Shown: positions 1 through 12,985 of the stretch, one piece after another
How positions within the stretch are numbered: position 1 is the stretch's first letter
How the letters are laid out: the number at the start of each line of letters is the position of its first letter
Source: Octopus vulgaris
Taxonomy: Eukaryota
DNA length: 64,000 nucleotides
Reading direction: 5' to 3'
Assembly (NCBI GenBank): GCA_951406725.2
Contig: OX597816.1
Coordinates: 92,318,001-92,382,000 of the forward strand
Translations under genes and position numbers: made by a program
The notes under the pieces: generated by a model
What the model was told of the DNA's origin: nothing
The model's database searches: none
The model's input: only the letters and a program-made list of their open reading frames with translations

Positions 1-47
<47 letters not shown>

Positions 48-102
48 GTATATAGATGTAAATATCTGTCTAAATATGTATGTGCATATATTTAATACAT
101 GT

Positions 103-164
<62 letters not shown>

Positions 165-198
165 TAAAACTTCCTTAGAAAAGGATGTGTGGCGTTCG

Positions 199-423
199 AT
201 CTATCTATCCGCTCAGTCGAAGTCGACTCTCGGTCACTCGTTGGATCAATGTCCTCCAGTCAGTTCTATCCTGGGCCGCTTCTTTCAGATTGGCTATGTC
301 CATTCCGGTATTCCTCTTGATGGTGTCAAGCCAGCGGGTTCTTGGTCGGCCTCTTCCTCTCTTGCCACTGACCATTCCGAGCATGATGTCCTTCTCCAGG
401 GATTTTCTCCGTATAATATGACC
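199..423 (-). mobile_element. RTE-clade LINE 3' end (5'-truncated)
   Basis: Minus strand reads GHIIRRKSLEKDIMLGMVSGKRGRGRPRTRWLDTIKRNTGMDIANLKEAAQDRTDWRTLIQRVTESRLRLSG*, the typical RTE/BovB-like ORF2 C-terminus (GxRxRGRP..W...A.DR..W). A short ATAG repeat tail follows. Confidence 0.85.
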
Positions 424-450
424 GATAATATAATAATATAAGTAACATAT

Positions 451-790
451 AAACGCGGAGTAGATGAAACAGGGACAACTGATGAAGGGGAAAATTCTTT
501 ACGTTGCATATCTCGTTTATCTGTTTGTTTTTTTTGTTGTTCGAAAAAAGTTCGTTTTCTATGTTTTTGCTTTCATGTTTTCGTTTCTCATTGTGCTCAA
601 CATTTTTGATGTCCTGTACCCACATATGCATGTATATATACATATATATGTAGGTATGTACGTTTATGTATGTATATATGCATATTTCATCTATTATTTA
701 TATTACATAGATACATACATACATACATACATATATATATTAAATTGTGCGTGTATTTTGTTTCATATATATATTTATATTTTTATGATT
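451..790 (+). mobile_element. PLE-type terminal-repeat fragment with variant hammerhead-like motif
   Basis: ACAA-CTGATGA-hairpin(AGGGGAA/TTCTTT)-AC-GTTGC-AT-ATC-TCGT at 475-516. The downstream sequence resembles the repeat at 44598-44830 (gtcctgtac...atatgcatgtatatataca...gtaggta). Confidence 0.5.
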
Positions 791-795
791 ATACT

Positions 796-935
796 TTATA
801 ATCTCTGACGAGGCCTAGGGATATATATATATATGTACCTCATTTTTAACTGCCTACCACCTAAATACACTTGACTAATATAGGCACAATGAGTTGCTAT
901 TATCCATAGGCTGAAACAGCTGTAAGTGATTTTAA
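796..935 (+). ncRNA. Type I hammerhead ribozyme, long helix II, palindromic helix III (C-AGCT-G), GUA site
   Basis: CTGACGA at 805-811. Helix II base GGCCTAGGGATA (812-823) pairs with TATCCATAGGCT (901-912). GAAAC-AGCT-GTA at 913-924. Helix I is imperfect. The unit continues to the tail ttctccattttcttatttgcc (about 1091-1111) and then (TA)n. Confidence 0.7.
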
Positions 936-1107
936 TAATTCATATTCATGTTTTTAAATAACTACTTGTATTCTGATCTTATATGCATTGAATAATATAC
1001 TATATGTGTGTATGTTATTATGGTTGTCGTTTTGATAAATAAGTAAGTCATCATTTTAATATCCTAAAGTTGGTGAACCAACTAATGTGATTCTCCATTT
1101 TCTTATT

Positions 1108-1180
<73 letters not shown>

Positions 1181-1714
1181 TATATAATTACAGAAACATT
1201 TCTAGTCATAATAATCGACTTGTTTAGTAATAAGGTGGATATCGATGGGTAATAGTTCTCTATATCGGACAGTATAAAAGAGTTACTACATTTATTGCTA
1301 AGTTGTTTGAAACAAACGTTGACCTTCATGGTAAACTCCCAAGGTTCAGGCCCATACCTTCTCTAATTTTGACAACCTGTCTAAGATGTTTCTGTGAATT
1401 GTGCCAATATCTGATTTATAGGAGTTAATGAGCCTAACATAGTCTGGCTGATGGTCCTGAAGAGAAAAGCGACACGTAACGAAAGGCTTAGAACAATAGA
1501 AAGTTCAACACTCGATCATATACCCAGCACCGTAAGGTGAAGACCATAAAAACTCCTGATAGCCTAAAGTGCAGAATTCAAGTCATGTTTTAGTTATAAC
1601 AGAGAAAATGTAATTGGGGTTTAAAGCTTTATATAACATATGCCTCTTTACATAAAATCACTGTGATTATTATGCGAAAATGCCAAACAAGATTGAATGC
1701 CTACCCTTATATAT

Positions 1715-2430
1715 ATATTCATCGGAGGCTTTTAGTACAATACGGGGACAGTGCACTACCACCTAGAAGTGTGGTGCGTATGAGTGGATCAGGAAGTTTT
1801 AAAGTGGATGGGCAAGCGTGACGCACGAAGAGGACGATCGTCACCTCCACCTCTGACGAGAAGATTCAGGAAGTTCGAGCGATGGTAATGGTGAACCGGT
1901 GAGTTATCATCGATGAGGTAGCTCGTTATCTGCGGATAGTCAGGGTTCTGCCTCTCAAACTCTCCACGATGAGCTCGGGTGCAAAGAGAGCTTACTGCAG
2001 AGTACAAGCGCAAACATCTTGAGCTCTTCCAAAGTTTACTCATCTCTGCAACAATGAGGGCGAGGAATTTTGGAGCAGAATAGTCACAGATGAAAAGTGG
2101 GTTCATCATTATTAGGCAGAATCCAAAAGACATAGTATGAAGTGGAAACATCCTGGCTTGCCAGTGATGAAGAAATTCAAGACTCAGTCTTCCGCGGGAG
2201 GGTGATGCTAATCCATTTTTAGGACTCAAAAAGGCCTATACTGGAATACTACATAGAAAAGGAATGTACGATCAACAGTGCAAGATACAGTGCTTTGCTG
2301 CCCAACAAACCGATACCAGCACTTCGCACCAAACACCGGAGGCTATTGTGGAACAAAGTTTTGGTGTTGCATGACAATACACGCCCACACACGGCCACAC
2401 AGACCGTTGAAACCATTAACCAATTCTGCT
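1715..2430 (+). pseudogene. Decayed mariner (DD34D) transposase
   Basis: Broken frames give IHRRLLVQYGDSALP..YEWIRKF, FWSRIVTDEKWVHHY..ESKRHSMKWKHPG..KKFKTQSSAGRVM and VLHDNTRPHTATQT. Stops and frameshifts are present. Confidence 0.85.
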
Positions 2431-2725
2431 AAAGCCTTCAATGCATTTCAGCACCTGAAAAACATTCCGACCACAGAAGTCGGATCACTGCTCTTTGTTC
2501 TTCTTTGGTGCACATTGCAATCAAACTCAAACTTCGATCACGTGATCATAATAGTACCAACTATAAGCACACAAAAGGCAGTGTGACAATAAAGCTTTGT
2601 TATGCCGAAATATCGTAGATTACACTGGTTGAATACCTAACAATATAGGCACATACATATATATTATAATATTATTTAAAACCATGAGATAGGATTAATA
2701 AAAGTGTATTAATACATTAAAAAGA

Positions 2726-2834
2726 CCAGACCTACAATTGTTTCAATTCATCACATGCAGCATAAAATCAACCAATTTAATTTAACCGAATCAATTTAGT
2801 TAATTACTACAAATGAAAATATCTTCAAGGACCG
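2726..2834 (-). ncRNA. Type I hammerhead-like motif, long helix II, palindromic helix III (C-AATT-G), GUA site
   Basis: Minus strand: CGGTCC-TTGAAGA-(ttcat...atgaa helix II)-GAAAC-AATT-GTA-GGTCTG. The core has U at position 3. Confidence 0.6.
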
Positions 2835-2902
2835 ACATACAAATTAAAAATATTTAAAATATAGCGAAAACATTAAAAAGGAAGAATACAATGTACCATA
2901 AA

Positions 2903-2965
<63 letters not shown>

Positions 2966-3205
2966 TAACATAGATACAGTTATGACAAAATAGATATAGT
3001 CATGAATTAATATAAATGATGATAATAATAATGATGCAGACATACCCATACAAAAATATGAATAATGGTGATATGTAAAAAAAACAATAAGCCGGTTATT
3101 AAATTATGGGTGTATAGAGAAGTGAAATAATGAGGCATTCCATATAAACATATATGCACATATACATGTACACATACTCACACACATATACATACATATA
3201 CATAT

Positions 3206-3270
<65 letters not shown>

Positions 3271-4387
3271 CATATACAGACATACACAGATACAATACTA
3301 AGCATGATTAATTTACTAAATTGATTAAAGTAATTAAAATTATCAATTAATAGGAAGTTAAAGGGAGAATATATTGATTTAAGTGATGCTATGATATTAA
3401 AGGAAAATAGAAAATAAAAGAAATTGTGCTCAAATGAGCTTAAATAGATGGGTTCAATAGAAGAAGGGAGAAATACCAGACGTGGAGGAATATAGGAAAA
3501 TACAATTATAATATATGGTAAATTATTAAGCGATGTTTATAATAAATAAAGATAAAATAGAACATAATAAATGAAACTACTATTATATACACCATTTAAA
3601 TGTTAATTATAGAAATCTATATATCCATATATACTAATTATCTTGCAAATACATACACACACACAGATATTCGTATATATAAAATATATATATATGTACA
3701 CACGCACAGATACACACACACATATATACATACCTATCCATTGATACACATATGCACAGACACATACCTGCACATATACCGTACATAGATGAAGAAAAAA
3801 GAAAGTGAAACAATTATAACGATCACAAATTAAGTTATTTAATCTATTTAAAATTGGGTGAACAAATAGTTATGCATATATCAAACGAAACACACACACA
3901 CACACATACACACACACACATATATTATATATATTTGTGTATATATATATATTCCTGAATGCATACATAAATGCACGCATACAGATACATATATACAAAC
4001 ACGCATCCATATACACACATATTAATACATATAAATAAATATTTCTACATAGAAAGTTATATACATACACACACACATATGAGTAACTACTACATATACA
4101 ATCATATGTATATATACCCAAAATATGCATATACACACACAAAAACACTAACAGGTAAATAAATACCCACAAATATAAAAAATTATAAAGATATAGATAG
4201 AGAGAAATTAAAGTAAACGCATATAAACATATAAATGAAAGAAATAAACATTTAAATATGAATACATAAATGTACATAAGGATAAAAAGAATTATATATA
4301 TATTTATACACACACATACATATACATATACATACACATACACATACATACACATGCATACATACACACATACACATACATATACAC

Positions 4388-4440
<53 letters not shown>

Positions 4441-4441
<1 letters not shown>

Positions 4442-4539
4442 GAGCAAAACGCCCCCGAACAATGGACGGTGCTGGGTTGTCAAATTTCTCAACACAACCT
4501 GTCCGACCGTTCCGTAGGCCTCCCCTTTGAGAAACACTG
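4441..4539 (-). mobile_element. One end of a hAT/Charlie-like non-autonomous DNA element
   Basis: Minus strand starts CAGTGTTTCTCAAA, the same terminus type as the MITE at 63090. The other end is lost in (TA)n. Confidence 0.4.
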
Positions 4540-4628
4540 ATTTAACCTACATTTGAGACACCAGCAAAAGAAGAAATAAAGATAGACTTTTCTATTCACA
4601 CAAAAATGCAAACGAAGAGTTTAAAGTA

Positions 4629-4858
4629 CCAGTAAGTACATCGCAACAGCTGATGTACTTGCGCGTTCAAATCCACGTTTCCACGGCTTTATTGATCGCA
4701 TTCTCACCTGGAATCGATTTTTGTAATTTTTTCAAGACCTAGACACGCCATGATACCGTCGGTATCTACATATCAAATTTGAGCGCAATCGGATGGATGA
4801 TGCCCGAGATCCTAGAAGACACACACATAGACAGAGAGAACGGATTTTATATAATAGA
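4629..4858 (-). mobile_element. Non-autonomous Helitron (about 230 bp)
   Basis: Minus strand starts A|TCTATTATATAAAA. It ends with a 9-bp hairpin AAGTACATC-agctgttgc-GATGTACTT followed by A-CTGG|T (CTRR). It sits between A and T with no TSD. Confidence 0.7.
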
Positions 4859-5005
4859 TATATACAAACACATATATTTTTTTGTTTGTCACTCACACCA
4901 TATATTACCATATATTGGAAAAAATTAAAAAGAAAAGGAAATAAAATGTAATCAAGATAGTTAAAATAAGCTATCATATCCCACCTTATAATTTATACAA
5001 TTTAC

Positions 5006-5048
<43 letters not shown>

Positions 5049-5229
5049 CATAACAAGTTATATTATATATTTATTGCAAAAAGCCCATTGATAGATAATT
5101 AAAAATTATATAGAAAATAAAAAATAAATTATTCCATATAATGACTATCTCTTCCCTGAGTTATACCCTCTATATAAGTATTAGTACTAAATATATATTA
5201 ATAATATATTGATATCAACTATATAAATA

Positions 5230-5927
5230 ACTTGCAAAAACAGTCAGATTTATCATTTATTAATGAAATATTAGAAATCTACTAATATTTAGCAAAAAAA
5301 GTTTACTCGCATGGCTAGAGGCTAAAATTTTATCAGAATGTGTGTTCAAAAGAACTCACATTTTTATTTACGATATGATAAGATTTCGCATGGCTAATAA
5401 TATTCCAGTCCAATATAAAATCTATTTTCATAACTTTAAGCTCCCATCTGATTTTACTCAGACCAGTATCCTTAAAGCTGTTTAAGTGGTTAAAGAAGCG
5501 AGTTTTAAATTCATTAGATGTCGATCCAATGTACGTATACTTATTATTAAGTGCATCAATCTCACATTTATTTAAAATAATATCGTAGTTCATTTTTACT
5601 TAGAATCCTAGTTTTTGAACATCTCATTCTTTCAAAGTTCATGGTATTTGGAGACGCATCCATATGGTATAAATATGGTACAAATATTTTTAAGTTGGCA
5701 TCCATCAATACAATTTCAGAAATTGACATAGAAATTGTCGAGCTTTCTGTTATTTAAAGATGAAATTATTCGAAATAAACTTTTGGTTAAGCAATAACCA
5801 ATCCTGATATTATTAGTATTAAATATTTGCTATATATATTATTCATGTTGAAATACTTGTCAATTAATATATATATTTGTCTAATTAATCTTGTCTTTAT
5901 ATTCATAGCATAAGGGATTATGTACCA

Positions 5928-5930
<3 letters not shown>
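5230..5930 (-). pseudogene. Decayed Penelope-like element: linker plus GIY-YIG endonuclease
   Basis: WYIIPYAMNIKTRLIRQIYILIDKYF (PLE linker) is followed by KCEI..NKYTYIGSTSNEFKTRFFNHLNSFK..TGLSK.RWELK..DWNIISHAKSY (GIY-YIG). The upstream Asn-rich linker has expanded into (AAT)n. Confidence 0.8.
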
Positions 5931-6025
<95 letters not shown>

Positions 6026-6032
6026 CATTATT
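5928..6032. repeat. (ATT)n microsatellite
   Basis: Direct reading. Confidence 0.95.
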
Positions 6033-6214
6033 AAATTTAACATGGGAATATGCATATGTTGGGTATGTATATATATCATTATGTATATGAACATATGATT
6101 GCATATGTATTAGTTGCTTATGTGCGTATATATGTGTGTATATATATATATATATATGTTTGTACATCTATATTTGCATAGCTCTATGTATGTATATATG
6201 TGTGCATATAGATA

Positions 6215-6274
<60 letters not shown>

Positions 6275-6594
6275 TATATATGTGTGTGTGTGTGTGCGTG
6301 TAGTTATGTATGTATTCAGGTATATATATATATATGGTTGGTGTGTATATGCATCACTGTTTGTTTATTCAAATAGATTAAATATCTTAAGTTATGAACA
6401 TTATCATTTTTTCACTTTCTTTTTCTTTCATCTATGTTCGGTATATGTGTAGGAATGTGTCTGCGCATGTGTATTTATGTACATGTATAAATATGTATAT
6501 AAGCGTGTGTGTCTGTGCGTAAGTACATATATCTTCTTTTATATGTGCGAATATAAGTAAGTGTGTATGTATTTGCTGGATAATTAGTATATAC

Positions 6595-6634
<40 letters not shown>

Positions 6635-6804
6635 GCAAGTTAGAAAATAATATAATATATTAAATGTATCATAATATAAGAGGCCCGTTTGCTATTAAAA
6701 CTTAAAGGCATATAAATAAACAAGGATACAATATAGTAAAAAGTGGCTATCGAGTCGCTTTTGACTCTTATTTTTAGCAATGGTGGTATTATATTTGTAC
6801 CCTT

Positions 6805-6849
<45 letters not shown>

Positions 6850-6850
<1 letters not shown>

Positions 6851-8107
6851 AAAGTCGTCAAGTATGTAATTTGTAGTATAAAAAAATGTTTTCTAATATT
6901 TTATAAATAAAAGGAATAGTTTTATTCATCAAAGTATGCACCCATATTGTCTATACACCTTTGCCATTTCAGCGTTAGCTTGTTCAGCCCAGAACTGTAA
7001 AAGCTTGGCAATCTAGAGTCAGTAAAATCTTGGAAGCCCTGTTTTACAGCATCGTCGGAATAAATTGTTTTTCTTCTCAAAACGTTATCCAAATTCTAGA
7101 AGTGGTAGTCAATGAGGGTAAGATCAGGTTAGTATGGTGGATAATGGAGTACTTCCAACTCCAACTCCTGTAGTTTCACCAATGTCATTTTTGCGATGTT
7201 TGGTCTGGCGTTGTCTTGCAATAAAATAGGAATGGGTCTGTTGACTAATCTAAGATGTTTTTTGTAAGTTTCTGCATCATTTGGTTCAGTTAGCTGCAGT
7301 ATACTTCGGCCATGATTGATGAGCTAGTTTTAATGAAATCATAATGGATCACTCCTGCGCCAGACCACCAAGCACACACCATCAGTTTCTTATGATGAAT
7401 TTTGCTTTTTGGGCTGTGTTGTGGTGACTCGTCTTTATCCAACTATTGTGCTTTACGAGTGTTTACGATTGTTGTTTTAGACCTATTTTTCATCACCTGT
7501 TACAATTCGATTCAAAATGATTCACTTTTGAGACGAGAAAGTGGCATAATGCAGGCTTCCAAATGTTGCTGCTTCTGATTTTCGTTGAGTTCATGTGGAA
7601 CCCACTTATCCATCGTTTTTACTTTACCGATTTGATCTAGGTGAGTCATTGTTGTCGCTGGCTAACACCAAACAACAGCGATAATTCACGGGCAATTGAG
7701 ATGGATCTGACTCGACGGTATCTTTCATTTCGTCATTATCCACCACGTTGCTCATTTGTAAGGTCAAAGTTACCAGAACGAAATTTTGCAAACCAATTCG
7801 ATACTGTGTAATAGAATTAGAATGAAATATTCCATTAATATTCTGAGCTGTCTGTGATGCTGTGTTTCCAAGAAAGAACTCATATTTCAAAACTGTACGA
7901 ATTTCCGACTTATCCATCCCTAAACAAAAATAGTAAAAAACGATTTATAAATACGTTATAAAGCGCAAAATGTTTTAGAATAAAAAAATAGATGTGCCAG
8001 CTTTCTAGCAAAAAATAAAGATTGTCAAAATATAATAATGGTGCAAAACGAGCAGCTGTCAAAGTTTACCATATACCTTACTACAAATTTCATACCTGAC
8101 GAATTAA
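6850..8107 (-). mobile_element. Full-length decayed mariner transposon (about 1.26 kb) with TIRs
   Basis: TIR TCGTCAAGTATGTAATTTGTAGTA (6855-6878) matches the reverse complement of 8079-8102 (TCGTCAGGTATGAAATTTGTAGTA). The transposase starts MDKSEIRTVLKYEF at 7917, includes KWVPHEL and RIVTGDEK motifs, and ends ..KWQRCIDNMGAYFDE*. Many frameshifts. Confidence 0.9.
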
Positions 8108-8309
8108 TATATATACATTTCGGCGCGTGTGTATACTTATTGAAGTAGTTTGACTTTAGACTCCAATTAAAGCGTGTGGCTTTTACGGACAGTAACAGCC
8201 CTTGTTATGATAAAGTATTTTAAATATAAAGGAAAAAAGTATATACCTTGTATTAATCTATTCCGTAATTAGTTTTGCACGCTGGCTACTCGATAAAATC
8301 TTTTATAGA

Positions 8310-9148
8310 TTTTATCCTTAGTTGAGACCATTTAGCACTCCTTTGCTCAACTCCCCTCTTTATATAACTCTCCTTTTCTCTCCTCTCTTCTTCTCACACA
8401 TACTTGCTCTCACCCACCTCTCCTTTCTTGCTCTGACACCTACTTCCTCTCTTCACTCCTACCCACCCTCTCCCTTCCGCCCCTCCCTTCATCGTCACCC
8501 CCTCCCTTGTTACCCCACCCCTATATATTCCAACCCCCCCATTCCTATACAACCCATCCCACCCCATATTCCTAAACATCCCATCCCACCATTCCTACAC
8601 ATCCCATTCCACACCCACCCATCCTTTAGACCCCACCCTTGCTTCCCTTGCTCCCCCAATCTCGCCGCCCCACACCCCAACACCACCATACCACACACCA
8701 CACACCACCATACCACACAACACCACATCACACCACCCCATACACATTGGCACTGACCACTTACCAGCCCCACACCTTTGCACACACTAGCACTGACCAC
8801 TTCCCAGCACCTACACTATCATCCGCACGCATTCACACACACGTCAAGGTCACCAGCCCCCTTCCACACGCACATACTTACGCACGCGCACCTTCCTTTG
8901 GGACCACACTACTTTATTATCTCCACTATTTCCAAGTTTTCCTGTGTGACTCCTCTGTCCGGCATTCGCCATGATAGATCACTAGCCACTAAACCTTTTC
9001 TATTTTCTCTCCTTGTTTTTTCTGTGTTCTTTTCTATCGAAGAGCGTAGGCTCGAAATGTAAAATACTTTCTCACCTCCCGAGCGTTAAACTAATACATC
9101 TGTTTGTTGTTTACACACCCGTCTTCGTCTTTTTTTTTTTCAAAGTCC

Positions 9149-9152
<4 letters not shown>
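8310..9152 (+). mobile_element. PLE-type 3' fragment: C-rich body, degenerate minimal hammerhead and tail
   Basis: C/CA-rich low-complexity body, then CTATCGA-A-GAGC-GTAG-GCTC-GAAAT-GTA (about 9034-9061). The tail is shared with 25995-26177, 35460-35646 and 48046-48201. It ends at (TA)n. Confidence 0.55.
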
Positions 9153-9181
<29 letters not shown>

Positions 9182-9183
<2 letters not shown>

Positions 9184-9252
9184 CGAAAATCAGAAGCAGC
9201 AACGTTTGGAAGCCTGCATTATGCCACTTTCTCGTCTCAAAAGTGAATCATT

Positions 9253-9258
<6 letters not shown>
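9182..9258 (+). repeat. 77-bp inverted copy of 7510-7586 (internal mariner piece) embedded in (TA)n
   Basis: 76/77 identical to the reverse complement of 7510-7586, with (TA)n on both sides. Confidence 0.95.
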
Positions 9259-9299
<41 letters not shown>

Positions 9300-9355
9300 C
9301 AGATACACACACATGCAAACACACATATATATCTATATGCATCTATATACATATA

Positions 9356-9571
9356 CTCTTTACTCTTTTACTTGTTTCAGTCATTTGACTGCGGCCATGC
9401 TGGAGCACCGCCTTTTTTTAGTCGAGCAAATCGACCCCGGGACTTATTCTTTGTAAGCCCAGTACTTATTCTATCGGTCTCTTTTGCCGAACCGCTAAGT
9501 GATGGGGACGTAAACACACCAGCATCTGTTGTCAAGCAATGCTAGGGGGACAAACACAGACACACAAACAC

Positions 9572-9604
<33 letters not shown>

Positions 9605-9777
9605 CATACATATATACGACAGGCTTCTTTCAGTTTCCGTCTACCAAATCCACTCACAAGGCATTGGTCGGCCCGGGGCTATAGCAGAAGACACTTGCCC
9701 AAGATGCCACGCAGTGGGACTGAACCCGGAACCATGTGGTTGGTTAGCAAGCTACTTAGCACACAGCCACTCCTGCG

Positions 9778-9780
<3 letters not shown>
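9356..9780 (-). mobile_element. tRNA-derived CORE-SINE (octopus OR-like)
   Basis: tRNA-like head with A/B boxes (GGAGTGGCTGTGTG..GGTTCAGTCCC), CORE-like GGCATCTTGGGCAAGTGTCTT, an internal (TA/TG)n, and the tail GGCGGTGCTCCAGCATGGCCGCAGTCAAATGACTGAAAC followed by (AGTAAAAG)-type repeats. Several copies occur in the window. Confidence 0.85.
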
Positions 9781-9825
<45 letters not shown>

Positions 9826-10590
9826 AATACATACACACATATATATATATATATAAGTACACATAAATACAGGCACGCGCACACAAACACACACACCTAT
9901 AATTTCAATTATTCTCCACTATCTGAAAAGATTGCCAAAATGTATCTATGTTTTAGCGCGCTTAGCAAGCCGTGACAACAAGTCCGCACGCCGACTGGTT
10001 TACATATAGGTCGTGACTGAATCCTGCTGGGAAGTATTTAAAGGAGAAACTGAAGCATTCTATTAGTTATCGATTGTGAAACATAATTGTAGGTTACTAC
10101 TGCCATGATATATATGTGAAAATTGGGGAAAGTATGAAAGTAACTGTTTTCTGGCTGCCGGAGTCTACCGGTGAGTATTTAAAGGGAGATTTGGCAGGAT
10201 GGTCATTCATCCGCTGACATTCGCTGACGCTGCATCGAAGAAACCAAAGAGCAAAAGAAAAAGGGAGAAAGAAAAAGTGCACTCAATAGCAGTGCTGAAG
10301 ACTCCTCCGAAAGAGAGGCGGGCCCGCCACGTCGAAAACGGTTGAGGAGTAGGGGTGGAAACCGGACGTGGTTCCACCTGATAATATCTCTAGCCACTGG
10401 AAACTATAAAGGAGCTGTTGAGGTAGCGAACCACGAAACGTGCTTGGCATTTCTCCTCGTAAATATGAAAAAAAAATGTAAAAACACAAACATTTATTGC
10501 AAAACCCAGACTGTTGAATTTCATTGACTTATATATTTACTTGTACACAATCATACTAATTCTCTTATATGTATATGTATACATATACAT

Positions 10591-10678
<88 letters not shown>

Positions 10679-11620
10679 GTGCTAATACATTTAAAACAGC
10701 AACCTCTTTAACAGTAGTAGAATCTCCTTCCCTCTACATCTACACTTTCAAAGCAGTTTGCCAAAACGGTCCTTCAGCAACAACACACTTTAAAAATCTT
10801 AGTGTTTACTACTAACTCCAGCCCACGAAAAGCAGAGAATTTGCTCTTCAAACCGATATTTTGAACTTACGGAGACAATATTTACGTATCGCCTGTGGAA
10901 ACACAGCTAAATCTCACGATGCAGGGAAACGGTTTGCATGATCAAATACCTGCACGCTATGAAACATATATATATATAAGGAACTGAAATTTCACAAAAC
11001 ACTAGTTTAGGTTTGTTTCCTATTGGATTCGTGAAATTCCAGCATTCAATGAAAATGTATTACTCTAGATTCATTCATTCTTTTCCTTCTTATTTCCACT
11101 TCGATAGGATCACATACACCTGCATGCGTACGCATGCTTCTATGTATACGTAGCAAAGTACATTACCTATATTTAAAATATTGATTTTTATATGCTGAAT
11201 CACATGAGAAATATTTTATGAAATATTGTCTTTACTCAACACTGATGTATAATAAATTGCTATATTTTAAACCCGTATTCCTCGTTTCCAATATAGCAAC
11301 ACTTAGTTGTAGTTAGAAATACACTGACTGAATATCCTATTATAAAACAGATCGGAAAAATTGAGGCGTCGATAAAACATATACGCATGCTACAGACAAT
11401 GTATTCACATTTTTTGAATTCCTTTTTATCGAACTTTTCGTTTTGCATCTTCGGATTTTTCTTTTTTTACTTGAGAAGAATGAAAATGAAATGTGGGTAG
11501 TGCTAGCAGAAATATACAAAAGCCCTATAAGAGCTGATATTTATCTCCACTCATTTAAAGTAAAGAAAACCGACTTTGTACCGGTTCATGTGTGTTCCTA
11601 GGATTTTTAATACATCTATG

Positions 11621-12002
11621 TTTTACTTGTTTCAGTCTTTTACCTGCGGCCATGTTGGGGCACTATCTTGAATGGTTTTTAGTCAAACAAATCGTCCCGG
11701 GCTAATTTCTTAAAAGCCTCATATTTATTCTATCAGTCTCTTTTGCCAAGCCACTAAGTTACGGGGTGTAAACACACCAGCACCAGTTGTCAAGCGGTGG
11801 TGGGAGACAAACACAGACACAAAGACACACATAGACACAAATGACGAGATTCTTTCAGTTTCCGTCTACCAAATCCACTCACAAAGTATTGGTCAGCCTG
11901 ATGCTATAGTAAAAGTTATTTCCCAAGGTACCATGCATTGGGACTGAACCCAAAACTGCATGATTGGAAAACAAGGTTCTTACCATACAGCCACGCATGC
12001 AC
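11621..12002 (-). mobile_element. CORE-SINE, older copy
   Basis: Colinear, diverged match to 9356-9780. Confidence 0.8.
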
Positions 12003-12825
12003 TTTTATATAAATTAAATAAATTGATTAAATATATATTGACATATTAAATAATTTATTTAGAAAAAATTTCTGTTCATACAAAATTCTCTTTTCTAAAC
12101 GTTTAATAGAATTCACTGCAATGTTTTCATATATTATAGATTAAATTATTCACTTTGTAGCATTTACCTATTGACCTTTTGAAATATTAATCACTAAACA
12201 CATTTTTATTCTCTGATTTAATGTATTAGAAACGAGCAATTGTCTTAATTACTGCTCGAATAGAAATTAAGATAATTAATAGTTTATTGACGCTCAGTGT
12301 TCATTTATCTTTCTCTCTAACATCACGTGATTATTTTGCTTACAATGTAACCGACGTCAAATATAGAAAAACGCACTAAATTGTGTGGTAGTAATATTTC
12401 TGAATAACTGGGATAATAAAATGCTATATTTTCAGGGGAGCTCGTGCACATGAACAAAACGTGGGAAAATGCATTAAATCCTGATTTTAGACAGAAAATT
12501 GTAAAAAAAATAGAACTGTATTTAGCCCTAAGACATCTCTATTCTCATTACATACATTTTTACATGTTAAATAGTTCAGTTGAAAGCTGAAGTAAAGTAT
12601 TGATTGATAATAATATTTCTGGAATTTAAAAGAGTTATGATGAAAATCATTCGTTATCTGTGTATCATTCATTTGCTAAATCTTTAATTTTCATTTTATC
12701 AGGTAACAATGTGCGTCAAAAAACTTTCTTCAGTCGATGCATTAAAAAATATCTGAATCACATTTAGCAAGAAAAATTATGAATATTGCGTAGATACATT
12801 TCTTTTCGCAGAATACTAATATCTT

Positions 12826-12985
12826 TGGTGGATGCGGGGTATTTCGATTAAATTCTATAGTGTACTACTGATAATTATTTCCTTGACCCTGAAGGAAAAA
12901 ATAAAACCGATGCGTGTATAGTCTAAAGTCGGTGCTCAGAGGGATAAAATTAATTACTATAAATCAGTTTGTTCGACGTTGCACT
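12826..12985 (-). mobile_element. Degenerate tRNA-derived SINE (second family)
   Basis: Weak match to 33978-34179 (tcgatta..tcta..agt...gaccctgaagga). Confidence 0.4.

Noticed and set aside
1300-1570. Possible old non-LTR 3' end
   Set aside because: Too decayed to recover a diagnostic motif.
8322-8974. Pro/His-rich ORFs
   Set aside because: Low-complexity C/CA-rich body of a repeat element.
12436-12500. Possible exon (ttttcag|G ELVHMNKTWENALNPDFRQKI|gtaaaa)
   Set aside because: Weak donor, unrecognised peptide and no partner exons. It needs RNA-seq.
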